A DNA stretch of 47,366 nt from Xylographa opegraphella (taxonomy: Eukaryota): NCBI GenBank assembly GCA_022813865.1, contig JALDZX010000093.1, forward strand, positions 1 to 47,366, written 5' to 3'. Below the pieces are notes generated by a model that worked only from the letters and a program-made list of their open reading frames with translations, was not told where the DNA came from and did not search any database. Position 1 is the first letter of the stretch, and every line of letters begins with the position of its first letter. The translations under genes were made by a program, and so were the position numbers. This document shows positions 36,281-47,366 of this stretch, one piece after another.

Positions 36281-36766
36281 GATTGCTGAGAATGGCACGT
36301 GATGGGCGAAGCCCTAGCCCTGACTTTGATCGAGCGGCTGCAGGGGCGGGATGTATTTATTCGCACCGCGAAGGCACTAAGGAGATGTAGCGAATTCAGT
36401 CTGGATGGGTGTTGTATCTCGGTTTGCGGGACTGACTCGTGTGATCGCTCGCAAAATCGGTTACTGTTTCAGCTGGTAGTCGTGGTTTTGGATTGTCTGG
36501 ATGTCGGGGCTTAAAGGGTTTTCGACCCTGAATTTTTTGTTTCGTGGAGTAATTCGGCTAGGCGAGCTAGGCTACGCGGAACGGCTGGTGTCCAAGGTCT
36601 TGGCATCATCGAATAACGCTAAATCGCCGAATAACCCCCTTTTACATCGACCTTTTCGCTGCCGGCGAATCTACCGATTATATTGAAACTAATCACTAGG
36701 CGCAGGTAATGGCAGCAGGTAACAGTGCATTGCTTAATCACTAAGAAGGTGAAGAGTTCTTCTGGA

Positions 36767-36799
36767 NNNNNNNNNNNNNNNNNNNNNNNNNNNNNNNNN
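36767..36799. other. Assembly gap (33 N)
   Basis: Run of N; true size and content unknown. Confidence 1.
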
Positions 36800-37249
36800 A
36801 CTAAGCTAGGCCTAATCGGCTATAGTAAAGGACCAACAACACAGACTGCTAACGCCCTGATTTTCAACAAATTCCTTAATCCCGCTGTGGTGTTTTATCA
36901 AAGTGTACTCGGCAAAGGTTGTGCCAAGAAGACACAAATCTACCCTAAGGTCGAGCCCGATCGTATATCGGGTGAGCGCCACTTTACCTGTTCTCGTATG
37001 AGTCTGTGATCTTGGCACAATATCTTGCCGTGAAACGGTACAGATTCAAAACGCGGCACCTTGAGCATCCGATAGTGGTAGGCTGCCTCTTGATCAATGT
37101 ACCGTTGTTGATCCAGGTATTGAAAAATAGTCAAATCAAAAAGGTGATTGCAATAGAGACTGCGGAAGTTCGGATAAAGACGCAAGCGAGCGATCATCTT
37201 GTATAGAAATACTCCGTAACGTGATAGCATTCCCCCATGCAGCCCATCA

Positions 37250-38697
37250 TCAAAACCTCAAATAGCTATCAGCATCCTCGTCACTCTCCTCCTCCGAAGC
37301 CGATCGAGCCTCCTCTGAATCCTCGCTGTCGAAAACCAATTGACCAGACCATCGCGCTCTCAGATCATGTGGCAGAGCGTTCCTCTTCCCCTCGTCTTGC
37401 TTCCAAATGCGGATCGGGCCCGTGCCTATGCGGCGGACTTCAAATTTGCGGCTATTCGATTGCTTCATAAGTTCCGTGAGCCGAAGAAGAGTAGCGTGGA
37501 ATCGGCGAAGGAGAGGCTGGTTCTGCTTCTCCCACTCGGCAATCTCGGGCTCCACGTCTCGCACCTGAATGTCGTCGAAGTTGCCTGATTTGTGGTAGGC
37601 GATGATAAAGTTTGGGATTTGGCTAACCCATAGCCGGGGTAGCACTTCGTCCATTTTGATGACTGAGCGTGCGGCGCGGGTCTTGATGTCGAAAATGGCA
37701 GCTTGAGGAATTTGGCGGCCACCAGTTTCGAAGATCAGGTGGGAGGCGTGTTGGTTGGGAGATTTCTCGCTCACAGCAGCGGAATTGAGATCGGACAGGA
37801 GTGAGCCGATCTCTGTGTCCTTGGACGAAGAATCCCGGCCTGGTGACGGACGGCCTGGGCTATTGGCCATATCTGGAAGGTAGCCATCACTTTCGAAGCG
37901 TACATGACATTCAATACCGGCGAAAGAGTACTTGACGAGGCGTTGGTTGGAGACGGAATCTTTCACGCCTTTAGCCCACGTCGTATAGGCTTCCGGGAAG
38001 GTGTGGCCGTACCCATATACACCTGGTATGAGCTCTTGGGGCGAGTTTTCTTTTCGGACCATGAACACGGTATCTCCGATGAGTTCCACTTCGAAGCGGA
38101 ACGTCTTGTCGATCGAGCCTGCAAATCTGAGCAGGTTGCCCATTGTACTTCCACACGCGACTATGTCAGCCATGGAGGGGTCAAAATCAGGCTGCGTTGC
38201 GAAAGCAGCGCGAATGATGGGTTCGGTAGGGTACTTTGCGTAGCGGGCGGCGTTGGGATCTCTGAAGTAGGTGCCGCTATCTTGGTCAAGTTTCGGCACT
38301 GTAGCTGGAGGACTCCAGGCTGGTGGTTCCCCTGCATTGACTCAGCAAAGGAAAGGTACGTGTATTGAAGAGTGAACCTACCTGGGACTAAAATCGTTGG
38401 CTGTTTCCTATTCAGCCAGCTGTAGGATGCAACAAACTCGCAGTCTTCAATTCCTATAGGGTCCGTGACTCGGAGTGAGGACTGCAGATCCTTTGAGATA
38501 ATCTCACCTATGGAATAGGTGGATGGAAAAGCCTTCCAAGCATCATGCTCATGTCCAGCTACAGCCTCGTGATAATGATAGCCGCCTCGCGCTGTGGGTA
38601 GATTGCCCCTTGCGGTACCCATGCCCCTTCCACGACCAAACGGCCTAGCTCTCCAATTACCGCGTCCTATTCTCCGGAAGGAGTTGATCTCATCCAT
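37250..38697 (-). CDS. Putative DXO/Rai1-like PD-(D/E)xK nuclease (~465 aa) with RGG-rich N-terminus; 2 exons
   Basis: ATG 38697 (MDEINSFRRIGRGNWRARPFGRGRG). Intron 38332-38381 joins TILVPG-EPPAWSPP; the spliced length of 1398 nt is in frame. Ordered motifs DIVACGSTMGNLL, YGYGHTFPEAY, RFESDG, FDIKT, RLWVSQIPNFIIAYH resemble the DXO/Rai1 motifs. The gene is well supported; the fold call is inference. Confidence 0.75.
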
Positions 38698-39494
38698 GGC
38701 TTCAGGTCCAGGATCGTCGAGTTCTTGAATCGAAGTCGTGGGACAACTCTGTTTCAACACGGCTTGTGAAAGATACGGTGCGGATATTAAGAGACTCTTT
38801 AAATCATCACACCAAGAAGTCACGGTATGCTGTACAATACAGAAGGCCACAAATCGGGCTCATATGAATGGCTTGTAGCTCCAGCATGTAGCCAGAAGGG
38901 TTGTCTGAACGTGTACTGCGCGCAGCCACGGTCTCCGCCAATGGGAAATGCAGGAGTGCTGCTCAGCGTCTATGCGAGGTTTGTTCGCCATCATTATCAC
39001 ATGCAATCCACCGGATGATGAGACAGTCATGCAGGATAGCGAGCAATCGTGCATCGAACGGTAGCTGCACGGCGAGGTGAGAGGTGGAAGTGTCTTCGCT
39101 AGCGTGGTCGAAGCTTGGCCCACCTTCGGCTTACCGCCATGGATATTGTATGGAGCCTATCAGGCTGCGCTGCAGTGCACATTCGTGCCAGAAAGCCGGC
39201 CATGCTGATGTGTTTCATGTCACACAGCGCTCGATCAAAGTGGGGGATGGCTGGTGGCATCCCGGGTTCAACCCTCCCAGCCCATCTACCCCCATAATCT
39301 GTGAGCCGGCGATGCGTGTCTCTTTGATCTAGTCAGTTGCACGCGTTTTATGTAAAACACTGCTGCTCCTGTGGAGTTGATGGGCATGTGGACGTCTTTC
39401 TCATCTTTCTGCGCTGTTTTTCCGACCCTCTTTCCACGCTAAACTCGACGCTTTTCCTTTATTGCAGTCTGGAACTCCATCCGCTCCTTACTCT

Positions 39495-42400
39495 ATGGCA
39501 TCCGGTGCCTTAAGCCGTAGAGATGACCCCAGAAGCGGCAGACTCTGGGCTCTCTTCAATAAAGTCATCTGCGGTTCCCAGCCTCTCACTAGCTCTCCGG
39601 CCGCGACTCGATTCATCGAAGCTATCTGTGATCAATCTGATCCGGTGAAATGTATTGAGAAACTGATCAGCAGTAGCCATGGGATCTCAGCTTTGCAGTC
39701 CGCGCTTCGGGTCGATGTGTCTTCTCATTTCCTCAACTCCTCTGCTTCTTCCCTCCTGCGATATCTACAAGCCGAGCAATTGACAACCATTTGTGGCGGC
39801 GAGTTTTTACGGCGTATCGTGATCAACATTGTGGATCCTCCCATTTTTTGGAATGCATTGATCAATGCCCAAAAAACCAGTTGCCTGGATGATGAGGCTC
39901 TTCACGGCTTCTCGTGGCTTCTGCTGCAACTTGTTTTACTTCCTGAGAAGAAATCTTCGGAATACTACGGTGCCGCGAGTGATCCGATAATTCAAAAGGC
40001 TCTTCTTGGATCTTTGAACCTTGAGACACGAATCCTAGGCCAGAAATTAAAGCATATTGTCAGCACGGTCAACAATTCTGCACAATCTGAAAACAATGGC
40101 GCTGGTGGCCGTCACGACAACGACTTTGTCGACTTTCGCAAGATTGCTATCTTGCCTACTGCGGACGAGATAGCATCAGCAGATCCGCCTTTCCTCCGTC
40201 GAGCCACGGATATTGATGATCTGCCAGAATCAGCTCGTTTTGCGATTCACATTGACAATCATTTTCGTCTCTATCGGGAAGATATGCTCCGAGACCTACG
40301 GGAGGAGCTTCTTGTCGCGCTCGGTACAAAGACAGGACGTCGAAGGGGGCTGCACATCGATGGGCTGAATCTCGAAGGCATCGAATACAGTGAGCGTCAA
40401 CCGTGGGTACTGTGCCTGCAGTGCATGAACGGCATCCCCCAAATCCCCCAAACAGATGTACCAAAGCGCAAGAAGTTCATCGTCGAAAATCGCAACATTC
40501 TTAAGCACCAGTCTCTTGCTTGCCTCGTTTCCGACGGGGACGTCATCGCGTTGGTTACTCTTCATAGGAATGAAGACCTGCTTGCACAGTACCCACCGAC
40601 TTTATGTGTACAAATTTCAGCCGATTCACAATCTTCTATCACAGCCCTCGTCAAGCTCAAATTGGCAAATAATGTTCAGCTTATCCAGCTGAACACTGCA
40701 TTCTTCGCTTGTGAACCTGTTCTCAAACAGCTACAAGCTATGAAGCGGATGCTCTTAAGCGACCAGATTGTTTCCTGGAAAAAGGGAGATACTTTAGAAT
40801 TAGTCTCGACTCTCGCAACTCCGTCGATTGTGAAATTGGTGGATATGTTACGAGACAACCCATCTAGTGATCTTAAAAATGCCTTGGACCTTTCTAAAGT
40901 GACCGAACTTGACCCATCTCAAGCTGAGTGTTTTCGAGCAGGTCTTATGCAACGTTTAAGCCTAGTACAAGGGCCTCCAGGTTGGGTTTTATAACTGGTC
41001 GTGATTGCACTTCAGCTGGCTTACGGTAATAGGGACCGGAAAATCCTTCATAGGCGCTTTGATTGCAAAGGCAATCTTTCGCTATACATTCAAGAATATC
41101 CTAGTGGTCTGTTACACTAATCACGCTTTAGATCAATTCTTAGAAGATTTACTAAAAATAGGTATACCTTCGAAAGAGATTGTTCGCTTAGGGTCTGCTT
41201 CCAAATCAAGTTTGAGTACCAAGCCTTTGCTTCTGTCAGAACAACAAAGCAGTTACAAACTGAGGCAGGCTGAATGGGAGATTATTAACATGCGTAAGTC
41301 AGAAGTTACTGATGTGGGTAAGAGGCTCCGAACAGCTTTTAAAGACTATCATGCCAAGGCTGCCTCCAAGTCTGACATAATGGAGTATCTTGAGTTTGAA
41401 GGGGCCGATTTCCATGATGCATTTCTTCTACCTGATGACGAGAACGGTATGACGAGAGTCGGCAAAAAGGGGAATGCAGTGAACAAGTACTATCTTCTCG
41501 ATCGTTGGGCTCGTGGTCAGGATGCTGGGATGTATTCCGCTACCGCATCTGAATTTCCCCAAATCTGGAAGATGTCGGCTCTTGAAAGGACTACAGTAAT
41601 GCGACGGTGGAAAGCAGAAATTCTGCGAGAGCGTGCTAGCAGACTCTATGAATATGGGTCTCTGTTTAATAATGCATTGACCGACATAAATGCTCTTTTT
41701 AATGAAAGAGACCGACGCGTTATTCAAGATAAACGTATCATTGGCTGTACAACCACAGCGGCTGCTAAGTACGTACAATATATTCAGTCTGCGTCACTTG
41801 ACGTTCTTTTGGTCGAAGAAGCTGGTGAGATCCTGGAAAGTCACATCATTACTGCCCTTGGACCAGATACCGAGCAGCTAATTCTGATTGGAGACCACAA
41901 ACAGTTGCGGCCAAAAGGTCATTATGATCTTAGCGTCGAGAAAGGTGATGGATATGATCTCAACAGGTCTCTCTTTGAGCGGCTTGTTCTCAAAGGCATC
42001 CCTCATCAAGTGCTCTCTAAGCAGCACCGTATGAGGCCCGAGATCTCGAGCCTTGTTCGCCATCTTACATATCCGGAACTAGTTGACGCGCCCGGTACGA
42101 AATCTCGACCCAATCTAAGAGGCTTCCGGGATAACCTGATCTTCCTCAGTCACAATACTCCGGAAGAAGAGACACAGGACGCTCCCGACTTCAAAGACGG
42201 TAACTCGATGTCATCCAAGAAAAACCTTTTCGAAGCTAAAATGACGCTCAAGTGTATTCGCTACCTGGGTCAACAAGGGTACGGTACAGATCACATGGTT
42301 GTTTTGACACCTTATCTTGGTCAGCTTCGCCTCTTAATGGATGTCCTTGGTAAAGAGAATGATCCCATTTTGAATGATCTAGACTCGTATGACTTAGTTC

Positions 42401-45400
42401 GTGCTGGGTTAATGCCCGCAGCAACCGCACAACTTCAGAAGCGCAGACTTCGAATCTCGACTATTGGTAAGACACGATCTACTATCTCCCCAAAGCGAAG
42501 TCATAGGCTTAAACTTGTTGCCCCTCGCTTTGTTTGCTTGCAAAGTATTGTATTATGTCACAGGAAGGGTAGTGTTACAGACTCCTGAACCGTTTATGCT
42601 AACACCATTAGATAATTATCAAGGTGAAGAGTCCGAAATCGTGGTAATAAGCCTAACGCGAAGCAATCCTCGACACGATATTGGGTTTATGTCATCTCCT
42701 GAACGGCTCAACGTCCTTCTATCCCGCGCCCGCAACGCAATGATTATTATAGGTAATCCGACTACATTTCAGAATGCTCGCAAAGGAAAGGAGCTGTGGC
42801 AATCATTTATGAAGCTGCTAAAGGATGGGTCTCATGTCTATAATGGATTCCCTGTTCGATGCGAAAGGCACCCAGACAGAGAGTCCCTGCTTCAGGTTCC
42901 TGAAGACTTTGATCAGTGTCCGGATGGCGGGTGCAATGAACCTTGGTAAGCAGCTCTTCCTAGGTCACTAAGTTGCTAATGGGGTGTTCTCAGCAATGTC
43001 GCCCTTCAGTGCGGGCTGCATCCTTGTCCGCAGCGATGCCACCAACTCTTCGACCACACCAAAATGCCTTGCGATCAAGTCGTGAGATCAAAGTGCGACC
43101 AAGGCCATGCTCTGACTTGGAGGTGTCACAAGGGGAAGCCTGCTTCCTGCCGTGCATGCGAAAGAGCGAAACAGGACAAAGAAAGAAAGGAGCGCCAGGA
43201 TTTCGAGCGTCAGCAAAAGCGAGAGCAAGAACGGCAAGAGCACACTGCTCAACTAGAAAAGATTGATGACGAGATGAGAAAGATTAGAGAATCCATTGCA
43301 GACCTTCAAGAATCCGAAGAAATGAAGAATACTTTAGCGCAGAAGAAGCGAGACGTAGAAAACGCTCGAGGTTTGGCAGAACGCTTGACGCGGCTCCAGA
43401 TCGAGCATAACGGGGTCTCTGCCACTGTTATCGCTCCTCCGCCCATGGATGAATCTTTGCTTTGCCGGGACAAGGCCACAGAAACCCCAAACAGATCCAG
43501 CGCGGATAGTGTGCAAGCGCCTCTGCTTGGGACATCTCTAGCTGAGCCTACCCAATCGCCTGCTGAGCGTGAGTGGGAACGCCAGAAACGGATGGAAAAT
43601 GTGCTGAACGATTCGATTGACTCACTGATGGAGATGACAGGCTTAGAACAAGTTAAGGCACAGATGTTGACGATCAAGGCAAGAATAGACACAGCATTAA
43701 GACAAAATACAGACATGAAGAAGGAGAGATTTGGCATAGTTCTCTTAGGCAATCCTGGGACAGGCGAGTTTATGTCGGCTACACACGGTGGACAGCTGCT
43801 AATCGCTGTGCAACAGGGAAAACAACTGTAGCGCGCCTGTATGCAAGCTTCCTCACATCACTCGGTGTTTTACCGGGCAGTGAGTTTATTGAGATCACAG
43901 GGTCCCGGCTGGCGAGTGAAGGAGTTGCAAAGGCAAAAGCCCTTGTTGAGACTATGCTAAATGCAGGCGGAGGGGCCTTTTTCCTGGACGAAGCTTACCA
44001 ACTCGCCCTAGGGCATAATTACGGCGGTGCATCAGTTCTTGACTACCTGCTTGCGGAAATCGAGAACCAGGTAGGAAAAATAGTGTTCATTCTTGCGGGA
44101 TATAACAAACAGATGGAAAATTTCTTTGAACACAATCAGGGATTTGATAGTCGCATACCGTATCGTCTTCAGTTTGTGGATTATAATGACCAGGAGCTCC
44201 TTCAGATGCTTGGTCAGCTAATCAAAAAGAAGTACCAGGGTAAAATGAAGCTTGAAGATGGCGCTGCGGGATTATATGCACGAATCGCTGTTCGACGCCT
44301 TGGAAGAGGTCGTGGACGAGAAGGATTTGGCAACGCTCGTGCTCTTCAGAACATGCTAGCTAAAATTTCAGAACGACAGGCAGATCGTTTACACCGTGAA
44401 CGTGTGGCTGGTGTCAAGCCTGACGATTTCGTCCTGACAAAGGAAGATCTTATTGGTCCAGATCCTTCCAAAGCAATCGTGAAAAGCGCGGCATGGAGAG
44501 AAATACAGGATCTGATCGGGCTAAAGATGGTCAAGGAGTCTATTCAGAGCCTATTGGACCGGATTCAAACAAACTATCAGCGCGAACTGTTAGAAAAATC
44601 ACCCATTGAGATCAGTCTCAATCGTGTATTCCTCGGTTCACCAGGAACAGGAAAGACTTCCGTTGGCAAATTCTACGGTCAAATTCTAGCAGATCTTGGT
44701 CTTCTTTCAAACGGCGAAGGTAAGTTGTAGGTCATTCTCGCCTCTTGGTTATTACTAAGCCTCAATCATAGTGGTAACAAAGAATCCATCCGATTTTGTT
44801 GGGAGCGTCTTGGGAGAGTCGGAAAAGAATACGAAGGCGATCTTGAAGTCATCCGAAGGGAAGGTCCTGATCATCGATGAGGCTTATATGCTGTATTCTG
44901 GTGCAAGTGGTGTGGGAAATACGTCGGATCCGTATAAGACAGCTGTGGTTGACACCATCGTCGCTGAGATACAGAGTACTATAGGAGAGGACCGATGTGT
45001 TCTCTTGCTTGGCTACAAGGAGAAGCTAGAGGAAATGTTTCAAAACACCAACCCTGGCTTGTCCAGAAGGTTCCCCTTAGATGACGCGTTCCATTTCGAA
45101 GACTTTGACGACGATCAACTTCGATCGATTCTAGACTTAAAGCTTCGAAAGCAAGACTTGAGTGCAACAAAGGAGGCCAAAGATATCGCCATAGCGATGC
45201 TCGCTCGATCCCGACGCCGCCTTAACTTTGGTAACGCTGGAGAAGTTGAGAACATGATAAGCCATGCCAAAGCAGCATATCAGAAGCGAGACTCGGCCAA
45301 GCCGCAAGTCGAACGTTCTATCAATATTGTCTTTGAGCCACAAGACTTCGATGAGAAGTTTGACAGAACTTCGAATGCATCTGTCAGTTGCAGAGACATA

Positions 45401-46888
45401 TTCAAGGACGTCGTTGGCTGTGACGAAGTGGTCAATAAACTGGAAGGATATATATTGACTGCATCAAACATGAGAGCTCATGGTATAGACCCGCAGGAAC
45501 ACATTCCGTTTAACTTTATCTTCAAAGGCCCTCCAGGTAAGTACAACATCGGCGCCATACTAGTACTTCTCGAGTAACATCCTTTCATGACAGGCACCGG
45601 CAAGACCACTACTGCACGAAAGATGGGCCAGGTCTTTTATAACATGGGATTTCTATCCGCGCCGGACGTTCATGATTGTTCTGCTACAGATTTAGTAGCT
45701 GGGTATGTAGGACAAACAGGCAAAAAGACGATTCAGCTACTAGAGAAGGCGCTAGGACAAGTTTTGTTCATAGACGAAGCTTATCGTCTTGGTGAGGGTG
45801 GCTTTGCAGCAGAGGCTATCAATGAGTTAGTCGACAGTCTTACTAAGCCTCGCTTTATGGGTAAGATCGTTGTTATTCTCGCAGGTTACGAAGGCGATAT
45901 GAACAGATTATTAAGTACCAATCCTGGCTTGTCAAGCCGTTTCGCAGAGGAAGTCATTTTCAGGAACATGGAACCGGCGGCTTGCATGACGTTACTTGAA
46001 CAGAGACTTTTTAAGACAGGAATCACAGTCGAAAAGGCGAAGGCAGACGAAGGGATTCCTGTAGTTATTGAATTGTTCAAGGAGCTGTCAGATCTTCCTG
46101 GATGGGGAAATGGCCGCGATGTGCAAACTTTGGCGAAAACGATCTCGGGTGCAACGTTTCGGTCTGCTAATGGTGCGGAAGTCGTGCTGTCCTTATCCAT
46201 CGAGAAATTAATCGGATACCTCCGGGACTTTCTAGCGGAACGGAGAGCTCGTACGGTCATGACCACACCAAAGATGATACATAATGAGAGCATATCTAAA
46301 GCTGCACCGGAAATGGCACGTGACGCGCCATCCGCAACCGCACTGCGAACCCTGCAGTCCACCAAGTCTGCAGAACCCGAGATTCTCATGCCAGAAGTGC
46401 TTCCTCATATAGCTGTACCAGCTTCCACAACAGCAGACGAACGGGACGATGGTGTCTCGGACGCTATCTGGGCCCAGCTTCAGGCTGACAAAGCTGCGCA
46501 AGAGTATATCGAACAACAGCAAGCCATCGCGATTGCTACTGCTAAGGCACAGGCTCAATCGGATAAGCTGCAAGAAGAAGCTCTGCAGCGAGATGCGGCG
46601 AACCTAGCAGCACAGAGAGTCCGAGACGAAGAAGCTCATGAGCTGAAACGTAAGCACGAGGAAGCAAGATTGAAATACATCGCGGCGCAACGAGCGCGAG
46701 AGGAGGCGGAAGCACAGCTTGCCAGAGTGCGAGAAGAGGCTGAACGGAGGCGAAAGGAGGAAGCGAAAGCGCAGCAGAAGCTGAGAGACATGGGCGTTTG
46801 CGTGGCGGGTTTTCGGTGGATCAAGCAGGCTGAGGGATATCGTTGTGCGGGTGGCTCGCACTTTGTATCTAACGAACAGTTGAGATAA
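39495..46888 (+). CDS. ZNFX1-like SF1 (Upf1-like) helicase / NFX1-type Zn finger / triple CbbX-SpoVK-type AAA+ fusion (~2328 aa); 7 exons
   Basis: Exons 39495-40980, 41033-42466, 42612-42945, 42994-43763, 43817-44719, 44772-45536, 45594-46888 total 6987 nt, in frame. Helicase motifs GRHDND..DFR.I.ILPT, QGPPGTGKS, CYTNHALDQFLE, VEEAGE, LIGDHKQLRP, SLFERL, QHRMRPEI, LTPYLGQ, TIDNYQGEE, RLNVLLSRAR. Zn finger C..LQCGLHPCPQRCH. AAA modules GNPGTGKT/FLDEAY, GSPGTGKT/IIDEAY, GPPGTGKT/FIDEAY, each followed by LxGY, NxG.xxR and GN[AG] motifs. Confidence 0.9.
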
Positions 46889-46917
46889 CTCTACTGAATA
46901 TCCATTATCTATGTCTC

Positions 46918-47366
46918 TGTTACGAAATATATTGAGCACGAACTATTATTAAATTTATTATAATAATTTAATATCATTTATATTAAAAGGCACGTGTATT
47001 TGGATCAGGGCGGGGGCAACAGTAATCGTATATTCGGTGAAGTTCGGTATAGGCCACGAGAACGTGACATATACCTCCTACGCTAGTACAGTACTACGCT
47101 ATACATAAATAGAACTAGCCTTCAGGTATTCCTTTATGCCTACCAGCAATTGATGCTTCTACCAATTAACAATTTATATTGTGGTGGATTCGGGGCGGGT
47201 CTTTTGGACGCTTTTTTATTTCGAGCTTCCACTACAGATAGCGATAGAGCAGCAGAGCGACAACGGCAATTAATTCATTTTTTCTTCTTTTCACTCTCTG
47301 TCGGTGTGACGGCTATAACATCAGTCACAGGTAATAGGGGTCGGGCTGGATCAGGACTAGCACCTT
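46918..47366. mobile_element. Possible degenerate (RIP-like) repeat or LTR remnant
   Basis: TGTTACG at 46918, CGTGACA at 47063-47069 and TGTGACGG at 47305 resemble fungal LTR termini. AT/TpA-rich stretch at 46940-46990. No target-site duplication found. Confidence 0.2.

Noticed and set aside
37250..38697. Geranylgeranyl pyrophosphate synthase or terpene cluster interpretation
   Set aside because: No DDxxD motifs and no neighbouring biosynthetic genes.

Overview
This is eukaryotic DNA from a filamentous ascomycete, judged from short GT-AG introns with CTRAC/CTAAC branch points, fluG and fungal-type gene families. The window has three parts. (1) 1-10 kb: fluG, then three intronless, mutually homologous genes of unknown function. 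They share a C-x2-H...C-x2-C motif and a YR-x4-[YF]-x-R-x3-Y-x-PG-[RK]-Y...NTS motif. (2) 10.7-36.3 kb: conserved genes, many with C/G-run-rich introns: a fungal AAA ATPase, a DENN-domain protein, BCD1-like zf-HIT, an SDR, a kinesin-4-like motor, EME1/MMS4, SSP120 and TYW2/TRM12. (3) After a 33-N scaffold gap: a head-to-head gene pair. One encodes a ~465-aa RGG-tailed protein with DXO/Rai1-like PD-(D/E)xK nuclease motifs. The other is a 7-exon, ~2328-aa gene fusing a ZNFX1-type SF1 helicase, an NFX1-like Zn finger, a coiled coil, three CbbX/SpoVK-type AAA+ modules and a C-terminal Cys/His motif. This pair is the best candidate for an undescribed RNA-surveillance or antiviral module; the three-paralog cluster is second. 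All gene models and family calls come from reading the sequence and recalling motifs. No database searches were run.
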